A DNA stretch of 20,000 nt from an uncultured virus (IMG/VR IMGVR_UViG_3300028030_000352) (IMGVR_UViG_3300028030_000352); one strand, 5' to 3'. Shown: positions 1-9,886, counted from the first letter of the stretch. A program made the numbers and translations. The notes: generated by a model from the letters alone, not told the origin.

Positions 1-1145
1 TCATGCATAAATTTACCATCTTTGGTTTTGAACATCTCAGTCAAGCTAAATTCATCGGTTGATGTCCCGGATTTTTCAATGATATCGCCGTCAAGCTCAT
101 ATACGTACATTTCCATTTTAGGTAAAGCAATGTATGGATTATGATCGCCCGTCCATTCACTTTTGGCTTTTTGTTCATCGATATAAGACCAACTAAAAAT
201 TTGATCCTCCATGAATTCACCATTAGACAACGCTCTAAATGGAGTTCCTGATGAATAAAGTTTCCATTTCCCATCTATCGTGTATTGATTAGTGTCTTTT
301 ATGTCCCAGTTGAGTTCACCGTCTTCATCAAAAATTTGCTCTGATGTAATATCTGTTGCTTTTTCTCTCCAAGCTCCAAAGTGATACTCATCAATGATTA
401 CTAGATCCCAATCAATCTCCGTTAGTTTTTGATTTCTTTCCTTTAATTCACCATCCTCTTTTTGCAAAAGATCTTGAAACGACAAAAAGTAAACAAATGG
501 TCCTTTTACCTCTTTAATATCGATATCGTTATCCTTTGTATAAAATGACCAACCTTTGAAATCAATATGTGACATTAGATCCGTTCTCCATGAGTCCATC
601 ACTGAAGGAACGTACGTAATCACAATAACTTTTTTAGCTTCAAGACGTTTCGCTAATTGATAAGCTGAAAATGTTTTCCCAAAACGCATCTTAGCGTTCC
701 AAAGAAATCTAGATCCGCCGTTCTTAAAATGACCATACGCTTTTTCAACGGCTAGTTCTTGTTCCGCTCTCATAGAGAAACTTTTTGTTCTCTCAATGTT
801 GAGTGGTTCGTTTATTGATTTTCCGGACCTAAGATGCGCGATCGCAGCTTTAATTTGATCAATATCGCATCGTGTCCATTCACTATAACTTACTCGATTT
901 TTTGACTCATTATCTGGGGAATCCTTATGTTTTATACCAGATCCCCTGAAGTTATTTCGTAAAACTCTATGGATCTGTTTATCGGTAAAATTAACATCAT
1001 ACCAAGCATCTATAATCTTATATGTTAGATTAGCTGTTCTTACAATGTCATTGATTCTATGTGCAACATCACCCTCAGTTTGACCGACTTTAATCAAACC
1101 ATTGTGTTCTAATGAATAAGGTAGTGTGAATGCGTAAATGTTCAT
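1..1145 (-). CDS. GIY-YIG/T5orf172-like nuclease domain fused to an SF2 (DExH) helicase/ATPase, restriction (Res)-like; 3' end runs off the window
   Basis: Absent from the ORF track, so translated manually from the ATG at 1145 (ATGA overlap with the Sel1 gene stop). N-terminus is MNIYAFTLPYSLEHNGLIKVGQTEGDVAHRI, followed by Walker A-like FLWNAKMRFGKT, Walker B LVIIDEYH and motif III SGTP. The frame is open to the window edge. Confidence 0.85.
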   Translation of the reverse strand, partial: MNIYAFTLPYSLEHNGLIKVGQTEGDVAHRINDIVRTANLTYKIIDAWYDVNFTDKQIHRVLRNNFRGSGIKHKDSPDNESKNRVSYSEWTRCDIDQIKAAIAHLRSGKSINEPLNIERTKSFSMRAEQELAVEKAYGHFKNGGSRFLWNAKMRFGKTFSAYQLAKRLEAKKVIVITYVPSVMDSWRTDLMSHIDFKGWSFYTKDNDIDIKEVKGPFVYFLSFQDLLQKEDGELKERNQKLTEIDWDLVIIDEYHFGAWREKATDITSEQIFDEDGELNWDIKDTNQYTIDGKWKLYSSGTPFRALSNGEFMEDQIFSWSYIDEQKAKSEWTGDHNPYIALPKMEMYVYELDGDIIEKSGTSTDEFSLTEMFKTKDGKFMH

Positions 1146-2344
1146 TTATTGTACTCCATTATGTCATTAGGTGTATTTATGAGATGTGAATTTTTGAATT
1201 CATTCCAATTGTGATCTTCTTCATATAACATATGGTTATATCCTTCTATCTCAGTTGACTCAATATCATGTTTTATTGAACAGTATTTTTTCACTCCATA
1301 TTTACATCCATACTGCATAAACATAAGTAGCATTTCTTCATAAAATGGATATACACCATAAAATAATAATTCTTTACTTTTTTCACTGTTTGAATGATTA
1401 CCGTACATTTTATTTATTTTATCTGAAAGTTTATTAACTAGGTTAACACCATTTATACACGATTTTATACTTCCTGATTTACAAAATTTCGTATAAAATT
1501 TTAAATCATTTCTAATACCATTGATACTATCAGGAATATCAAGATTTTTCCTATCACGAAGAAGTGTACTTACATATTCATCATCAATGTATGTATTAGC
1601 AAACTTATGCATTGATTCATTTACTTCTTTGTTTGATGCAGCTACTAACGGTATTGATAATTGTATCATAAGTTGAGCAGCGAAATTTTTATTCATTGGT
1701 TTTGTTGATAAAAATAACGATTTTATTATTAATTTTGATCCTAACACTTCGTCTTTTATCACTGAGTCTCCATTCATATAATGCACTCCAAGGTTAAGAC
1801 ATGCTGATGCTTGCCCTAAATATGGTTTTTGATGTATGGAACATGCTTTTCTATATAGTCTTACTGAAACTAGGTTATCCTTATTAACAAATCTTCCCTT
1901 CGCATAGTATGTCCCAAGGTCAGCACACGACAAATTGTCACCATAATCACATCCTATCTTATAATATAAAAATGACTTTTCATCGTTTACTTTTCGATCA
2001 TATAAACCAACATCGTATATATTACCGAGTTTTCCACATGCGATTCCATACTTATACTGATAACATAGTTTATTTAATATCCCATCCGCTAATTCATAAT
2101 CTGTATCAACATTATATTGATTTTGATATGTTTCAGCCAATAAGAAGCAACTTTGTTTATTCCCATTTGCACAATAAAAATCACATTCACCCCTGTCACG
2201 CTTATAACAAACATGTGTGCTATAATCAGTAGTTATTACTGGTTTATTGATAACCGGTTTATTAATAACCGGTATATTTTTCGCACAAGAGGTTGTGAAG
2301 ACTAACGATGCAAGTATGATTCCTATTGTCTTTGTTACTTTCAT
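1142..2344 (-). CDS. Cys-rich Sel1-like repeat (SLR) lipoprotein, Helicobacter Hcp-like repeats
   Basis: 400 aa. Signal peptide with lipobox-like FTTS-C20. Repeats ACGKLGNIY, SCADLGTYYAKG and ACLNLGVHYMNG with paired Cys (KIGCDYG, KACSI). Short PVINK repeats follow the lipobox. Confidence 0.8.
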   Translation of the reverse strand: MKVTKTIGIILASLVFTTSCAKNIPVINKPVINKPVITTDYSTHVCYKRDRGECDFYCANGNKQSCFLLAETYQNQYNVDTDYELADGILNKLCYQYKYGIACGKLGNIYDVGLYDRKVNDEKSFLYYKIGCDYGDNLSCADLGTYYAKGRFVNKDNLVSVRLYRKACSIHQKPYLGQASACLNLGVHYMNGDSVIKDEVLGSKLIIKSLFLSTKPMNKNFAAQLMIQLSIPLVAASNKEVNESMHKFANTYIDDEYVSTLLRDRKNLDIPDSINGIRNDLKFYTKFCKSGSIKSCINGVNLVNKLSDKINKMYGNHSNSEKSKELLFYGVYPFYEEMLLMFMQYGCKYGVKKYCSIKHDIESTEIEGYNHMLYEEDHNWNEFKNSHLINTPNDIMEYNK

Positions 2345-2406
2345 TTATATGTTTTTGGTTAGGATTGGTGGTGGAAGAAGATGAATCAACGGTTATGTAT
2401 AAATCA

Positions 2407-2967
2407 TTAAGCTAGCATATCAACAATTTTACGTAGTGTATCTTTCATCCCTTTTTCATCATTAAACTTAAGAGTGACTGTTTTATTGTTAAAGTTAGCC
2501 CTAATTGTTGACATTTCTAGTTGTTCATCTGTATCAGGTTGTTCATCTGTATCAGGTTGTTCATCTGTATCAGGTTGTTCATCTGTATCAGGTTGTTCAT
2601 CTGTGACGTCTACATGATCAAGACACTTTTCTCTACGTTCAAGCTCTTCTTGAACGTATTTATTCACAATATTCACATTTTTTACAACTTCACATTTAAG
2701 ATCACTGTCCGAAAGTTTTTCCGATAACTGAAAAATCATATTCACTTTATCCTTTACAGATTCTAGCTGTTCATCTGTAAGGTGACTATAATTTTGTGAG
2801 TCACCTGTCATATTTTTGACATCTTCTGTCAGTGATATCATTTGTTTTATCATTGCAATTTCCTTTTTATTATTTAATAGTGTATCACATTCTTTCTCAT
2901 CGTCTGGCGATGACGTTTTAAAAATAATGTCTAGTTTCTTTTCTAGCTGTTTTTCACTGTTTCTCAT
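2407..2967 (-). CDS. Hypothetical helical/coiled-coil protein with acidic TDEQPD repeats
   Basis: 186-aa ORF, co-oriented with neighbours, containing an in-frame 18-bp tandem repeat. Confidence 0.7.
   Translation of the reverse strand: MRNSEKQLEKKLDIIFKTSSPDDEKECDTLLNNKKEIAMIKQMISLTEDVKNMTGDSQNYSHLTDEQLESVKDKVNMIFQLSEKLSDSDLKCEVVKNVNIVNKYVQEELERREKCLDHVDVTDEQPDTDEQPDTDEQPDTDEQPDTDEQLEMSTIRANFNNKTVTLKFNDEKGMKDTLRKIVDMLA
2520..2604. repeat. 18-bp tandem repeat GTTGTTCATCTGTATCAG x4 plus a partial copy (encodes TDEQPD)
   Basis: Exact copies at 2520, 2538, 2556 and 2574, with a partial copy at 2592. Confidence 0.95.
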
Positions 2968-3037
2968 TTGTCTTATTACCCATCTTTTTGTGTTTTACTA
3001 TTCGTATCAAGTGTTTTATTCTTAAACACTTCTATAC

Positions 3038-3664
3038 TCATTTTGTTATTTGTATCATTTTATCTATCCGTATGAAGTATTGTTTATTTTCCTTTAAAAG
3101 TTCATTACTTTCAATAATCTTATCCAATATATCTACGGTATCGATTGGTGTATCATCTATTTTGTGCCAAATATTGTGAATACTATCAGACATTAATTCA
3201 AGTAACTTTTTATCTGATTTTATTCTTTCTATTATAGATATTATATCATAGTATTTATACAGTTCACTAAATATTTTAATGAACTGTTCATTGTTATATT
3301 CACTTATTAGTATTTTACTGTCATCAAGCCACAACTCATTGTTTATCGTATCAATGAATGATCGCTGTGGATCGTCCACATATCTAACGATTGACCCGAT
3401 AACAAATTTTTCTAGTACAACTTCTGAGTCATGTTTATCCACACATAACTTTAATGAAATAGTTATTTTTCCATTTCTTTTGTAATATATCGTTCCATAG
3501 TGTAATTCTTTATCACACTCTATTACGGAATAATACGTTGGTCTTATACCTACTTCTAACGTGTTATTATTTAATTCTACTTTAGTTATTACTATGTCAA
3601 ATTCAGTTCTTTTGTGCCCTATATTCCACTCGGTGTCATTTGTAACTATGAGTTTATCATCCAT
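3038..3664 (-). CDS. Hypothetical protein, local family A (paralog of 6981..7577)
   Basis: 208 aa. Aligns by eye with 6981..7577 (HYGTIYYKRNGKI/DYGYLLFSIDGTV; IKSDKKLL/VKNNDKLL; ILDKIIESNELLK/IIDTILNDNNLVK). Ends IDKMIQITK. Confidence 0.75.
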   Translation of the reverse strand: MDDKLIVTNDTEWNIGHKRTEFDIVITKVELNNNTLEVGIRPTYYSVIECDKELHYGTIYYKRNGKITISLKLCVDKHDSEVVLEKFVIGSIVRYVDDPQRSFIDTINNELWLDDSKILISEYNNEQFIKIFSELYKYYDIISIIERIKSDKKLLELMSDSIHNIWHKIDDTPIDTVDILDKIIESNELLKENKQYFIRIDKMIQITK

Positions 3665-3667
3665 ATT

Positions 3668-4837
3668 TCATCTATTGATCTTCCTCATTTTCATGTAACT
3701 ATCGATATTATTCAGTCCAATGTTATCAGGTATTTGTACACCTATTATATTTTTCATAACTGTACCTATAAGTTTACGATTTACATAATTTTTTATGAAT
3801 TGCGAGAAATATGTAAATGATTCTGCTCCATTAAATATGTCCCCTATGCTATTCACTTTTGACACGTCCCATGATGATAAATCTTGATTGAACGCTTTTG
3901 CTCCCTTAAACATGCTATTTATATTGGTGACGTTTGATACATTCCAATCTCCAATGGGCTGATTGAACGCGCTCGTTTCACTAAACATGCTACTCATGTC
4001 GATGACGTTTGACACATCCCATTGGCTGATATCTTGATTGAATGCGGTAGCCCAATAAAACATCCAATCCATGTTTTTTACACTTGACACATTCCAGTTA
4101 CTGATATCCTGGTTGAACGCTTTTGCTCCATAAAACATGTAACTCATGTTTGTGACGTTTGACACGTCCCAACTTCCGATTGGCTGATCGAATGCTGTGG
4201 CCCAATAAAACATATATTCCATGTTTTTTACATTTGACACGTCCCAAGATCCTATGTCTTGGTTAAAAGTATCCGCTTCATTAAACATAAAAGACGTATT
4301 TCTTACGTTTGACACGTTCCAGTTACCAATATCTTGGTTGAACGATTTTGCTCTATGAAACATGTAACGCATATTTTTTACTTTTGATACGTCCCAATCA
4401 CCAATGGGCTGATTGAATGCGGTAGCCCCATAAAACATATCTTGCATACTTTTTACTTTTGACACGTCCCATCTAGAAATGTCTTGATTGAACGATTCCG
4501 CCTGACTAAACATTCCAATTATGTTAATAACATTACTTATGTTCCAAGATCCAATGTCTTGGTTGAACGCTTTTGCTCCACTAAACATAGATCGCATGTT
4601 TTTTACTTTTGACACATTCCACGATCCGATAGGTTGATTGAACGATTTCGCAAATTTAAATATGTTATCCATGTTAATAACATTACTTGTATTCCATCTA
4701 GAAATGTCTTGATTGAACGCCACGTTACCTTCAAATAAATGGGACATGTCTGTGATGCCTATCGTGTCAACCTGGGTGACATCATCGCCATTCGCTATCA
4801 TTTTTTCAAGTTGTTTTCTTGTTACTTTTCTACTCAT
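3668..4837 (-). CDS. DUF285 (PARCEL)/BspA-like repeat protein, ~12 repeats
   Basis: 25-aa repeats of the form FNQ[DP]IxxW[DN]VSxVxxMxxMFxxA. No signal peptide. Ends YMKMRKINR. Confidence 0.92.
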   Translation of the reverse strand: MSRKVTRKQLEKMIANGDDVTQVDTIGITDMSHLFEGNVAFNQDISRWNTSNVINMDNIFKFAKSFNQPIGSWNVSKVKNMRSMFSGAKAFNQDIGSWNISNVINIIGMFSQAESFNQDISRWDVSKVKSMQDMFYGATAFNQPIGDWDVSKVKNMRYMFHRAKSFNQDIGNWNVSNVRNTSFMFNEADTFNQDIGSWDVSNVKNMEYMFYWATAFDQPIGSWDVSNVTNMSYMFYGAKAFNQDISNWNVSSVKNMDWMFYWATAFNQDISQWDVSNVIDMSSMFSETSAFNQPIGDWNVSNVTNINSMFKGAKAFNQDLSSWDVSKVNSIGDIFNGAESFTYFSQFIKNYVNRKLIGTVMKNIIGVQIPDNIGLNNIDSYMKMRKINR

Positions 4838-5559
4838 TGATTTTATTCATTTTTAAATAACTATCCACACTATCCAATGGAACGTCCCTCACTTTTTTGT
4901 ACATTTCATTTCCTAGTAAGTCTTTTATGACTAATTTTATACCAACTTTAGTTTTTTTAATAAACTCATAAACATTATGGACACCACAATTTTTAAACAT
5001 GTAACTCATATTAACGGATGGATTTAGGCTCCAGTTTGATAAATCCTTGTCAAACGTTGTTGCTCCATCAAACATTGAACTAAGGGTCATAACATTTTTC
5101 ACATCCCATGACGAAATGTCTTGATTGAACGTTTTTGCATTTTTAAACATACAACACATATTTGTTACATGACTCACGTTCCATTTAGATAAATCCTGAT
5201 TGAACGTTATTGCCCCATAAAACATTTCCATCATATTAGTAACGTTGGACATGTCCCAATTAGAGATATCTCCATTGAATGACTTTGCCATCCTAAACAT
5301 GGCATTCATATATTTAACGTTAGATACGTTCCAACATGATAAATCTTGATTGAACGATTCCGCAAGATTAAACATATAGCACATGTCGGTAACGTTCGAC
5401 ACGTTCCATCCTGATATGTCCTGATTGAATGTTTTATTTCCTTCAAATAGATGAGACATGTCGCGAATTCTTGATGTGTCAACCTGAGTGACATCCTCGC
5501 CATTCGCTATCATTTTTTCAAGTTGTTTTCTTGTTACTTTTCTACTCATTGATTTTATT
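4764..5559. repeat. 84-bp direct repeat pair (4764-4847 and 5476-5559) spanning DUF285 gene starts and the upstream gene ends
   Basis: 82/84 identical by manual comparison. Includes the overlapping stop/start junction AAAATCAATGAGTAG. Confidence 0.9.
4830..5549 (-). CDS. DUF285/BspA-like repeat protein, ~6 repeats
   Basis: Same 25-aa repeats. N-terminus nearly identical to 3668..4837. Ends YLKMNKINE. Confidence 0.92.
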   Translation of the reverse strand: MSRKVTRKQLEKMIANGEDVTQVDTSRIRDMSHLFEGNKTFNQDISGWNVSNVTDMCYMFNLAESFNQDLSCWNVSNVKYMNAMFRMAKSFNGDISNWDMSNVTNMMEMFYGAITFNQDLSKWNVSHVTNMCCMFKNAKTFNQDISSWDVKNVMTLSSMFDGATTFDKDLSNWSLNPSVNMSYMFKNCGVHNVYEFIKKTKVGIKLVIKDLLGNEMYKKVRDVPLDSVDSYLKMNKINE

Positions 5560-6294
5560 TATCTTATGGTATCTTATTAGTTGTGTCATCATGGTGTCAG
5601 ATATTTTTCCATTAAGTTGTTTTATAGCCATATTTTCAAAGCTTTGATCTTTAGAAAGTCTTTTGATGTCGTATAGGATCGTATCCGGAATGCATCTTTG
5701 ATTCAGATATTCTTTAACTTTATTCCTATAATGTCTTTTCATGAATGAGTATGAAAACTCTTTAATGAACAGTGAGATATCATTTATTGTTTTGTTTAGT
5801 TCATACTTATTGTTTTTAAATTCATAATATATTATTACCGTTATTTCATTAAATTTTGTTTGTTCTATCAATACCTGATATATTTTGGTATTTTCTTCTA
5901 TGTCATGTTTTATCATAGATATCGTATCTATATCAATAAAATCAAGGAATTGTCCTTTTACGTGATTATCTCTAGTTATGTATTGTAATGACCCATAAAG
6001 ATGTTTTATATAATCATCATCATTGATCATGTTATCATATACTGAATCCGGTATATGCACAGTGCACTTAAGTTTATTTATCTTTTCTTTTAGTGATATA
6101 GTGTGAACAATAGCTTCAATCAGTTTACTTTTGTCTAGACTATCTAGAGATAGACCTAAAGTTTTTGTTAGTGTTATTACTTCATTATTTCTGTTTAGGT
6201 ACATAAACCTAAACTTTGTTCTAAATGTTTGAGTGCTAGTTATTTCAATGTGCGTTATATTAAAATGAACTGGTTTCATAAAATTGTTTAGCAA
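5542..6294 (-). CDS. Hypothetical protein, local family B (paralog of 15057..15773); true start possibly ATG ~6279
   Basis: Shares KSKLIEAI/KSSLEKAI, VHIPDSVYDNMI/VHIPDKLYEKLI and IPDTILYDI/VPDDLIYGI with 15057..15773. Ends YHKINKINE. Confidence 0.75.
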   Translation of the reverse strand: MLNNFMKPVHFNITHIEITSTQTFRTKFRFMYLNRNNEVITLTKTLGLSLDSLDKSKLIEAIVHTISLKEKINKLKCTVHIPDSVYDNMINDDDYIKHLYGSLQYITRDNHVKGQFLDFIDIDTISMIKHDIEENTKIYQVLIEQTKFNEITVIIYYEFKNNKYELNKTINDISLFIKEFSYSFMKRHYRNKVKEYLNQRCIPDTILYDIKRLSKDQSFENMAIKQLNGKISDTMMTQLIRYHKINKINE

Positions 6295-6976
6295 GTTCGT
6301 TGAATTTACTTATTTTATGTCCATTTAATTTGACCCATAGTTCAAGGCCGAAATAATGACGTATTGCTTCGTGTGGTTTCCTAAATTTTTTGACGAATCT
6401 AGCTATGTCAAAAGATTTTGTTCTGTATAGCATCATACTTGTTTTTTCAACCTTATCTAGATCAAAGTATCGAACGTCATGATTGAATTTGAATGCATGA
6501 CTAAACATAAGAGACATGTCTTTTACCTTACTTGTGTCCCAATATGTTACATCATGACTAAATGATCTAGCGTTATCAAACATTCTTCTCATGCTAGTAA
6601 CGTTTGATACGTCCCACTCTGGCATGTCTTGATCAAATGCTTCAGCGTGTAAAAACATCCGACTCATATCCGTGACATTTGACGTGTTCCAACCGGAGAT
6701 ATCTTGATTGAACTTTTCACAAAATGCAAACATACCTGACATGTTTTTAACTTTGCTAGTGTCCCATTTAGATAAATCTTGATTGAATTCATACGCATAA
6801 ACAAACATGTTACTCATATTAGTAACGTTGGACACGTCCCAACGAGAGATGTCTTGATTGAACTTATTCTTACCACAAAACAGCTCGCTCATATCAGTGA
6901 TGCCGCTCGTGTCAACCTGAGTGACATCTTCATCGTTCGCGATCATATTGATTAATTGCTGTCGTGTTACTTTCAT
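6260..6976 (-). CDS. DUF285/BspA-like repeat protein, ~6 repeats
   Basis: 25-aa repeats and the conserved cap [29 protein letters not shown]. The C-terminus is diverged. Confidence 0.9.
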   Translation of the reverse strand: MKVTRQQLINMIANDEDVTQVDTSGITDMSELFCGKNKFNQDISRWDVSNVTNMSNMFVYAYEFNQDLSKWDTSKVKNMSGMFAFCEKFNQDISGWNTSNVTDMSRMFLHAEAFDQDMPEWDVSNVTSMRRMFDNARSFSHDVTYWDTSKVKDMSLMFSHAFKFNHDVRYFDLDKVEKTSMMLYRTKSFDIARFVKKFRKPHEAIRHYFGLELWVKLNGHKISKFNELAKQFYETSSF

Positions 6977-6980
6977 TTTG

Positions 6981-7577
6981 TCATACCGGTAACGTTGTGG
7001 TCTTTACCGCATCTAAGAATTTATTTCCGAATTTCTTGACAAGATTATTATCATTCAATATTGTATCAATTATCTTTTTAACATAATCACTTCTATCAAT
7101 TTCAATCTCATTACCGATTTCAATTATTTCTCTTTCTAATGACTTTAATAATTTGTCGTTATTTTTTACTGTCCCGATCGCTTTAACAACGTCATTGTTT
7201 TCATATAGTTTGTTTAATTCTTTCAGTAGTTCTTTCTTAGATTGTTCGTTAAATACAAACTTCGTTTTTGACTTATTGTATAAACTAGTAACCATTTGTT
7301 CTGCTGATTTAATTGCCTCATCAACGCTATTGGCAAACAGTTCAATTGTATACCTCTTATCTATTGTCTCCACACAATCATCATCATCATCGTAGCATCT
7401 GATGTTTATCGTATAATAACTAAATTGTACCGTCCCATCTATGCTAAATAAAAGATATCCATAATCGGATATCCTACTATATGAGCATTCTTCTTCTTTT
7501 TTATAACTAATATTGGCTTTAATTTCTTTATTAGATGATGAAATGGTTGAAGTTACGATATTGTAAATTTTTAACAT
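6981..7577 (-). CDS. Hypothetical protein, local family A (paralog of 3038..3664)
   Basis: 198-aa ORF with visible similarity to 3038..3664. Confidence 0.75.
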   Translation of the reverse strand: MLKIYNIVTSTISSSNKEIKANISYKKEEECSYSRISDYGYLLFSIDGTVQFSYYTINIRCYDDDDDCVETIDKRYTIELFANSVDEAIKSAEQMVTSLYNKSKTKFVFNEQSKKELLKELNKLYENNDVVKAIGTVKNNDKLLKSLEREIIEIGNEIEIDRSDYVKKIIDTILNDNNLVKKFGNKFLDAVKTTTLPV

Positions 7578-7589
7578 TGTATTACTTTC

Positions 7590-8458
7590 TTATTTACTTA
7601 TTTTTAGCATTTTTAGATATCCGTCAATCTTCTCAGGATTAATATTTTTAGTTTTTTCATACATATCATTCCCTAACATTTCCATTATTGTCAAATCAAT
7701 GTCACCATCTAGCTTTTTCGCTAATTTATGAATGTAACACATTCCGGAGTTTTCAAACATGTCTAAAATATTCATTATGTTAGATAAGCCCCAACTTGAG
7801 ACATCATTGTTGAATGAAATTGCCCTACTGAACATTTTTTCATTGTTACAACATTATATGTGTCCCATTTAGACAAATCTTGATTGAACGCTTCCGCATT
7901 GTTAAACATATAACTCATATTAGTTACACATGAAGTGTCCCAATCTTCAATGGGCTGATTGAACATTTTTGCCCCGTCAAACATATGACTCATATTTTCT
8001 ACCATAGATACGTCCCAATCACTAATGGGCTGATTGAACGTTCTTGCCCCGCTAAACATGTAACCCATATCTTTCACTCTGAATGTGTTCCACCCTGAAA
8101 TGTCTCCATTAAATGATTTTGTATTACCAAACATATAACTCATATTTTCCACGTTTGACACATCCCATTTGGACAAATCTTGATTGAATGACTCAGCACA
8201 ACAAAACATGCTACTCATATCTTCCACGTTTGAAACATTCCACTTGGAAATATCTTGATTGAACATTATACTTCCTTCAAACATGTGCTTCATACTTTCA
8301 ACGTTCGATGTATCCCAATTTGAAATATCCTGATTGAACGTTGTATTATTATAAAACAAGATTGACATGTCACGAATTTCGCTTGTGTCTACAAACCGGA
8401 CGTCCTGACCTCTGTCTATCATCCGGATTAATTCATCTCTTGTTACTTTTTTATCCAT
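7590..8458 (-). pseudogene. DUF285/BspA-like repeat gene (~8 repeats) split by a 1-nt frameshift in an A6 run at 7835-7840
   Basis: ORF 7775..8458 loses repeat register after ...VVTMKK. ORF 7590..7835 resumes it (MFSRAISFNNDVSSW) and carries the family C-terminal domain ending YLKMLKISK. One extra A gives a single ~289-aa ORF. Confidence 0.85.
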
Positions 8459-8907
8459 GAAAAAATTGACTCAAATAGATAACTATACGCTATTGTATTT
8501 TTTAGATCTTTTGCAATAGATTCGTTTAAATCACTGATTTTATCAAAGTCAAAAACATTAAATGAAGTTCCACCTGTAGTTGGTATTGGTATTGCAGGAA
8601 TACTTGGCAGGTTATTTATTAAAAATTCATATTGATGTTTTACTAATTGTTCTCCCCCTATAAATATACCAATTACTACATCATCATTCAATTGTGACTC
8701 AATATCATTAACAATTTCTACTCTGTTCATTACGCCAATTTTTTCCGACAAATTAGTCACAAACTGTGTTATCGATTCATTATTATTGATGAATACTATG
8801 TCAAACTCAGTTTCTTTTACTGAGTAGATCAAATAACGAATCGACTCCCTTATGAGAATTTTATTACTGTTGTTTATTCCGGATGATACTAATATTTTCT
8901 TACTCAT
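8443..8907 (-). CDS. Stand-alone SLOG superfamily protein (LD_cluster3-like), degenerate
   Basis: Recognised from memory of the family pattern: ILVSSGI...IRESIRYLI...IGIFIGG...PAIPIPTTGGTS...AYSYLF resembles SLOG cluster 3 (AVFIGG, PVASTGGAA). Not confirmed by an HMM search. Confidence 0.65.
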   Translation of the reverse strand: MSKKILVSSGINNSNKILIRESIRYLIYSVKETEFDIVFINNNESITQFVTNLSEKIGVMNRVEIVNDIESQLNDDVVIGIFIGGEQLVKHQYEFLINNLPSIPAIPIPTTGGTSFNVFDFDKISDLNESIAKDLKNTIAYSYLFESIFSWIKK

Positions 8908-9511
8908 TGATCTTTTTTAAATCGCTCATTTTTATGTATTTATATAGGTCGTCGTTATCTAATGATGCCAACGCCGATTTTATGACACTTTTTCTAAATG
9001 ATTTGTCATTCAAAATGTTTTTTACAGTCTTTTCCCATGACATTAAACTTTCGTATGTCCACGCAGGTACTATGTCCATGTCAAATTCGAAAAATTGTTC
9101 TGTGTAAGCGATAAGTTCATCCATTGAATTATTACAAATTGCCGGAGATGACAACTTGATCGTTATTTCTTCTCCGTTATATCTGGCTGTTATGTTTACC
9201 ATCGTGTCAACTATTTCATAATCTAAAAATCTAGCGTCAACTTTCATGTATTTTTGTTTTTTTGACTCATCTAAATGATAATCAGCATACTCAATGACTT
9301 CCAGTGCTTTATCATTAACTACGCCATTAAATAGATCAATGATTTGATCCATTCTACTATCAAATCCCAACTCAGATCTCAAATGATACTCCATTTGAGG
9401 TCTATCATACTTTGATGAAAGTTTAATTATCTTTCCATCAACATCTATGCTAGCGTTTACTGTCCATGCCCATCCGATAGCTTGATCTATCGATACATCT
9501 GTTATTTTCAT
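8900..9511 (-). CDS. Hypothetical protein with an internally duplicated beta-rich module
   Basis: 203 aa. VNASIDVDGKIIKLSS resembles VNITARYNGEEITIKLSS. Ends MSDLKKINE. Confidence 0.72.
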   Translation of the reverse strand: MKITDVSIDQAIGWAWTVNASIDVDGKIIKLSSKYDRPQMEYHLRSELGFDSRMDQIIDLFNGVVNDKALEVIEYADYHLDESKKQKYMKVDARFLDYEIVDTMVNITARYNGEEITIKLSSPAICNNSMDELIAYTEQFFEFDMDIVPAWTYESLMSWEKTVKNILNDKSFRKSVIKSALASLDNDDLYKYIKMSDLKKINE

Positions 9512-9520
9512 TGATTTACC

Positions 9521-9856
9521 CTACGCATTTATCTGTTTTAGCATTATGAGTCTTATCCTATCTTTCAATCTATCTGATACATTTATCTGTCCGTTTTTTA
9601 TCTGTTTTGATAAACTTAGCATCATTGATGCTATGTTAGATTTTGTATTCAGCAGGTCATAGTGTATTTCGTTATCTATATATTTATCATTCAGAATAAT
9701 GTCACATTCTACATCACCAATTTCAGGAACTCTTAGTGAAATGTCTACTGACATTTTGTATATTGTGACTGTTCCGTTAACATATGACACATCTAGGGTA
9801 TCTCCATTCCATAGTGTGTATGATTCGTCTTCTGATTTTGTGAAGTTTACTATCAT
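9521..9856 (-). CDS. Hypothetical protein
   Basis: 111-aa ORF, ends LIMLKQINA. Confidence 0.68.
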   Translation of the reverse strand: MIVNFTKSEDESYTLWNGDTLDVSYVNGTVTIYKMSVDISLRVPEIGDVECDIILNDKYIDNEIHYDLLNTKSNIASMMLSLSKQIKNGQINVSDRLKDRIRLIMLKQINA

Positions 9857-9886
9857 GTTTGTATTTAGTAAGTATGCATATAGAAG

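Noticed and set aside
41..274. 77-aa minus-strand ORF
   Set aside because: It lies out of frame inside the helicase gene.
3668..8458. Diversity-generating retroelement acting on DUF285 genes
   Set aside because: No reverse transcriptase is present in the window and no TR/VR pair with adenine-specific differences was seen; similarity is explained by repeat paralogy.
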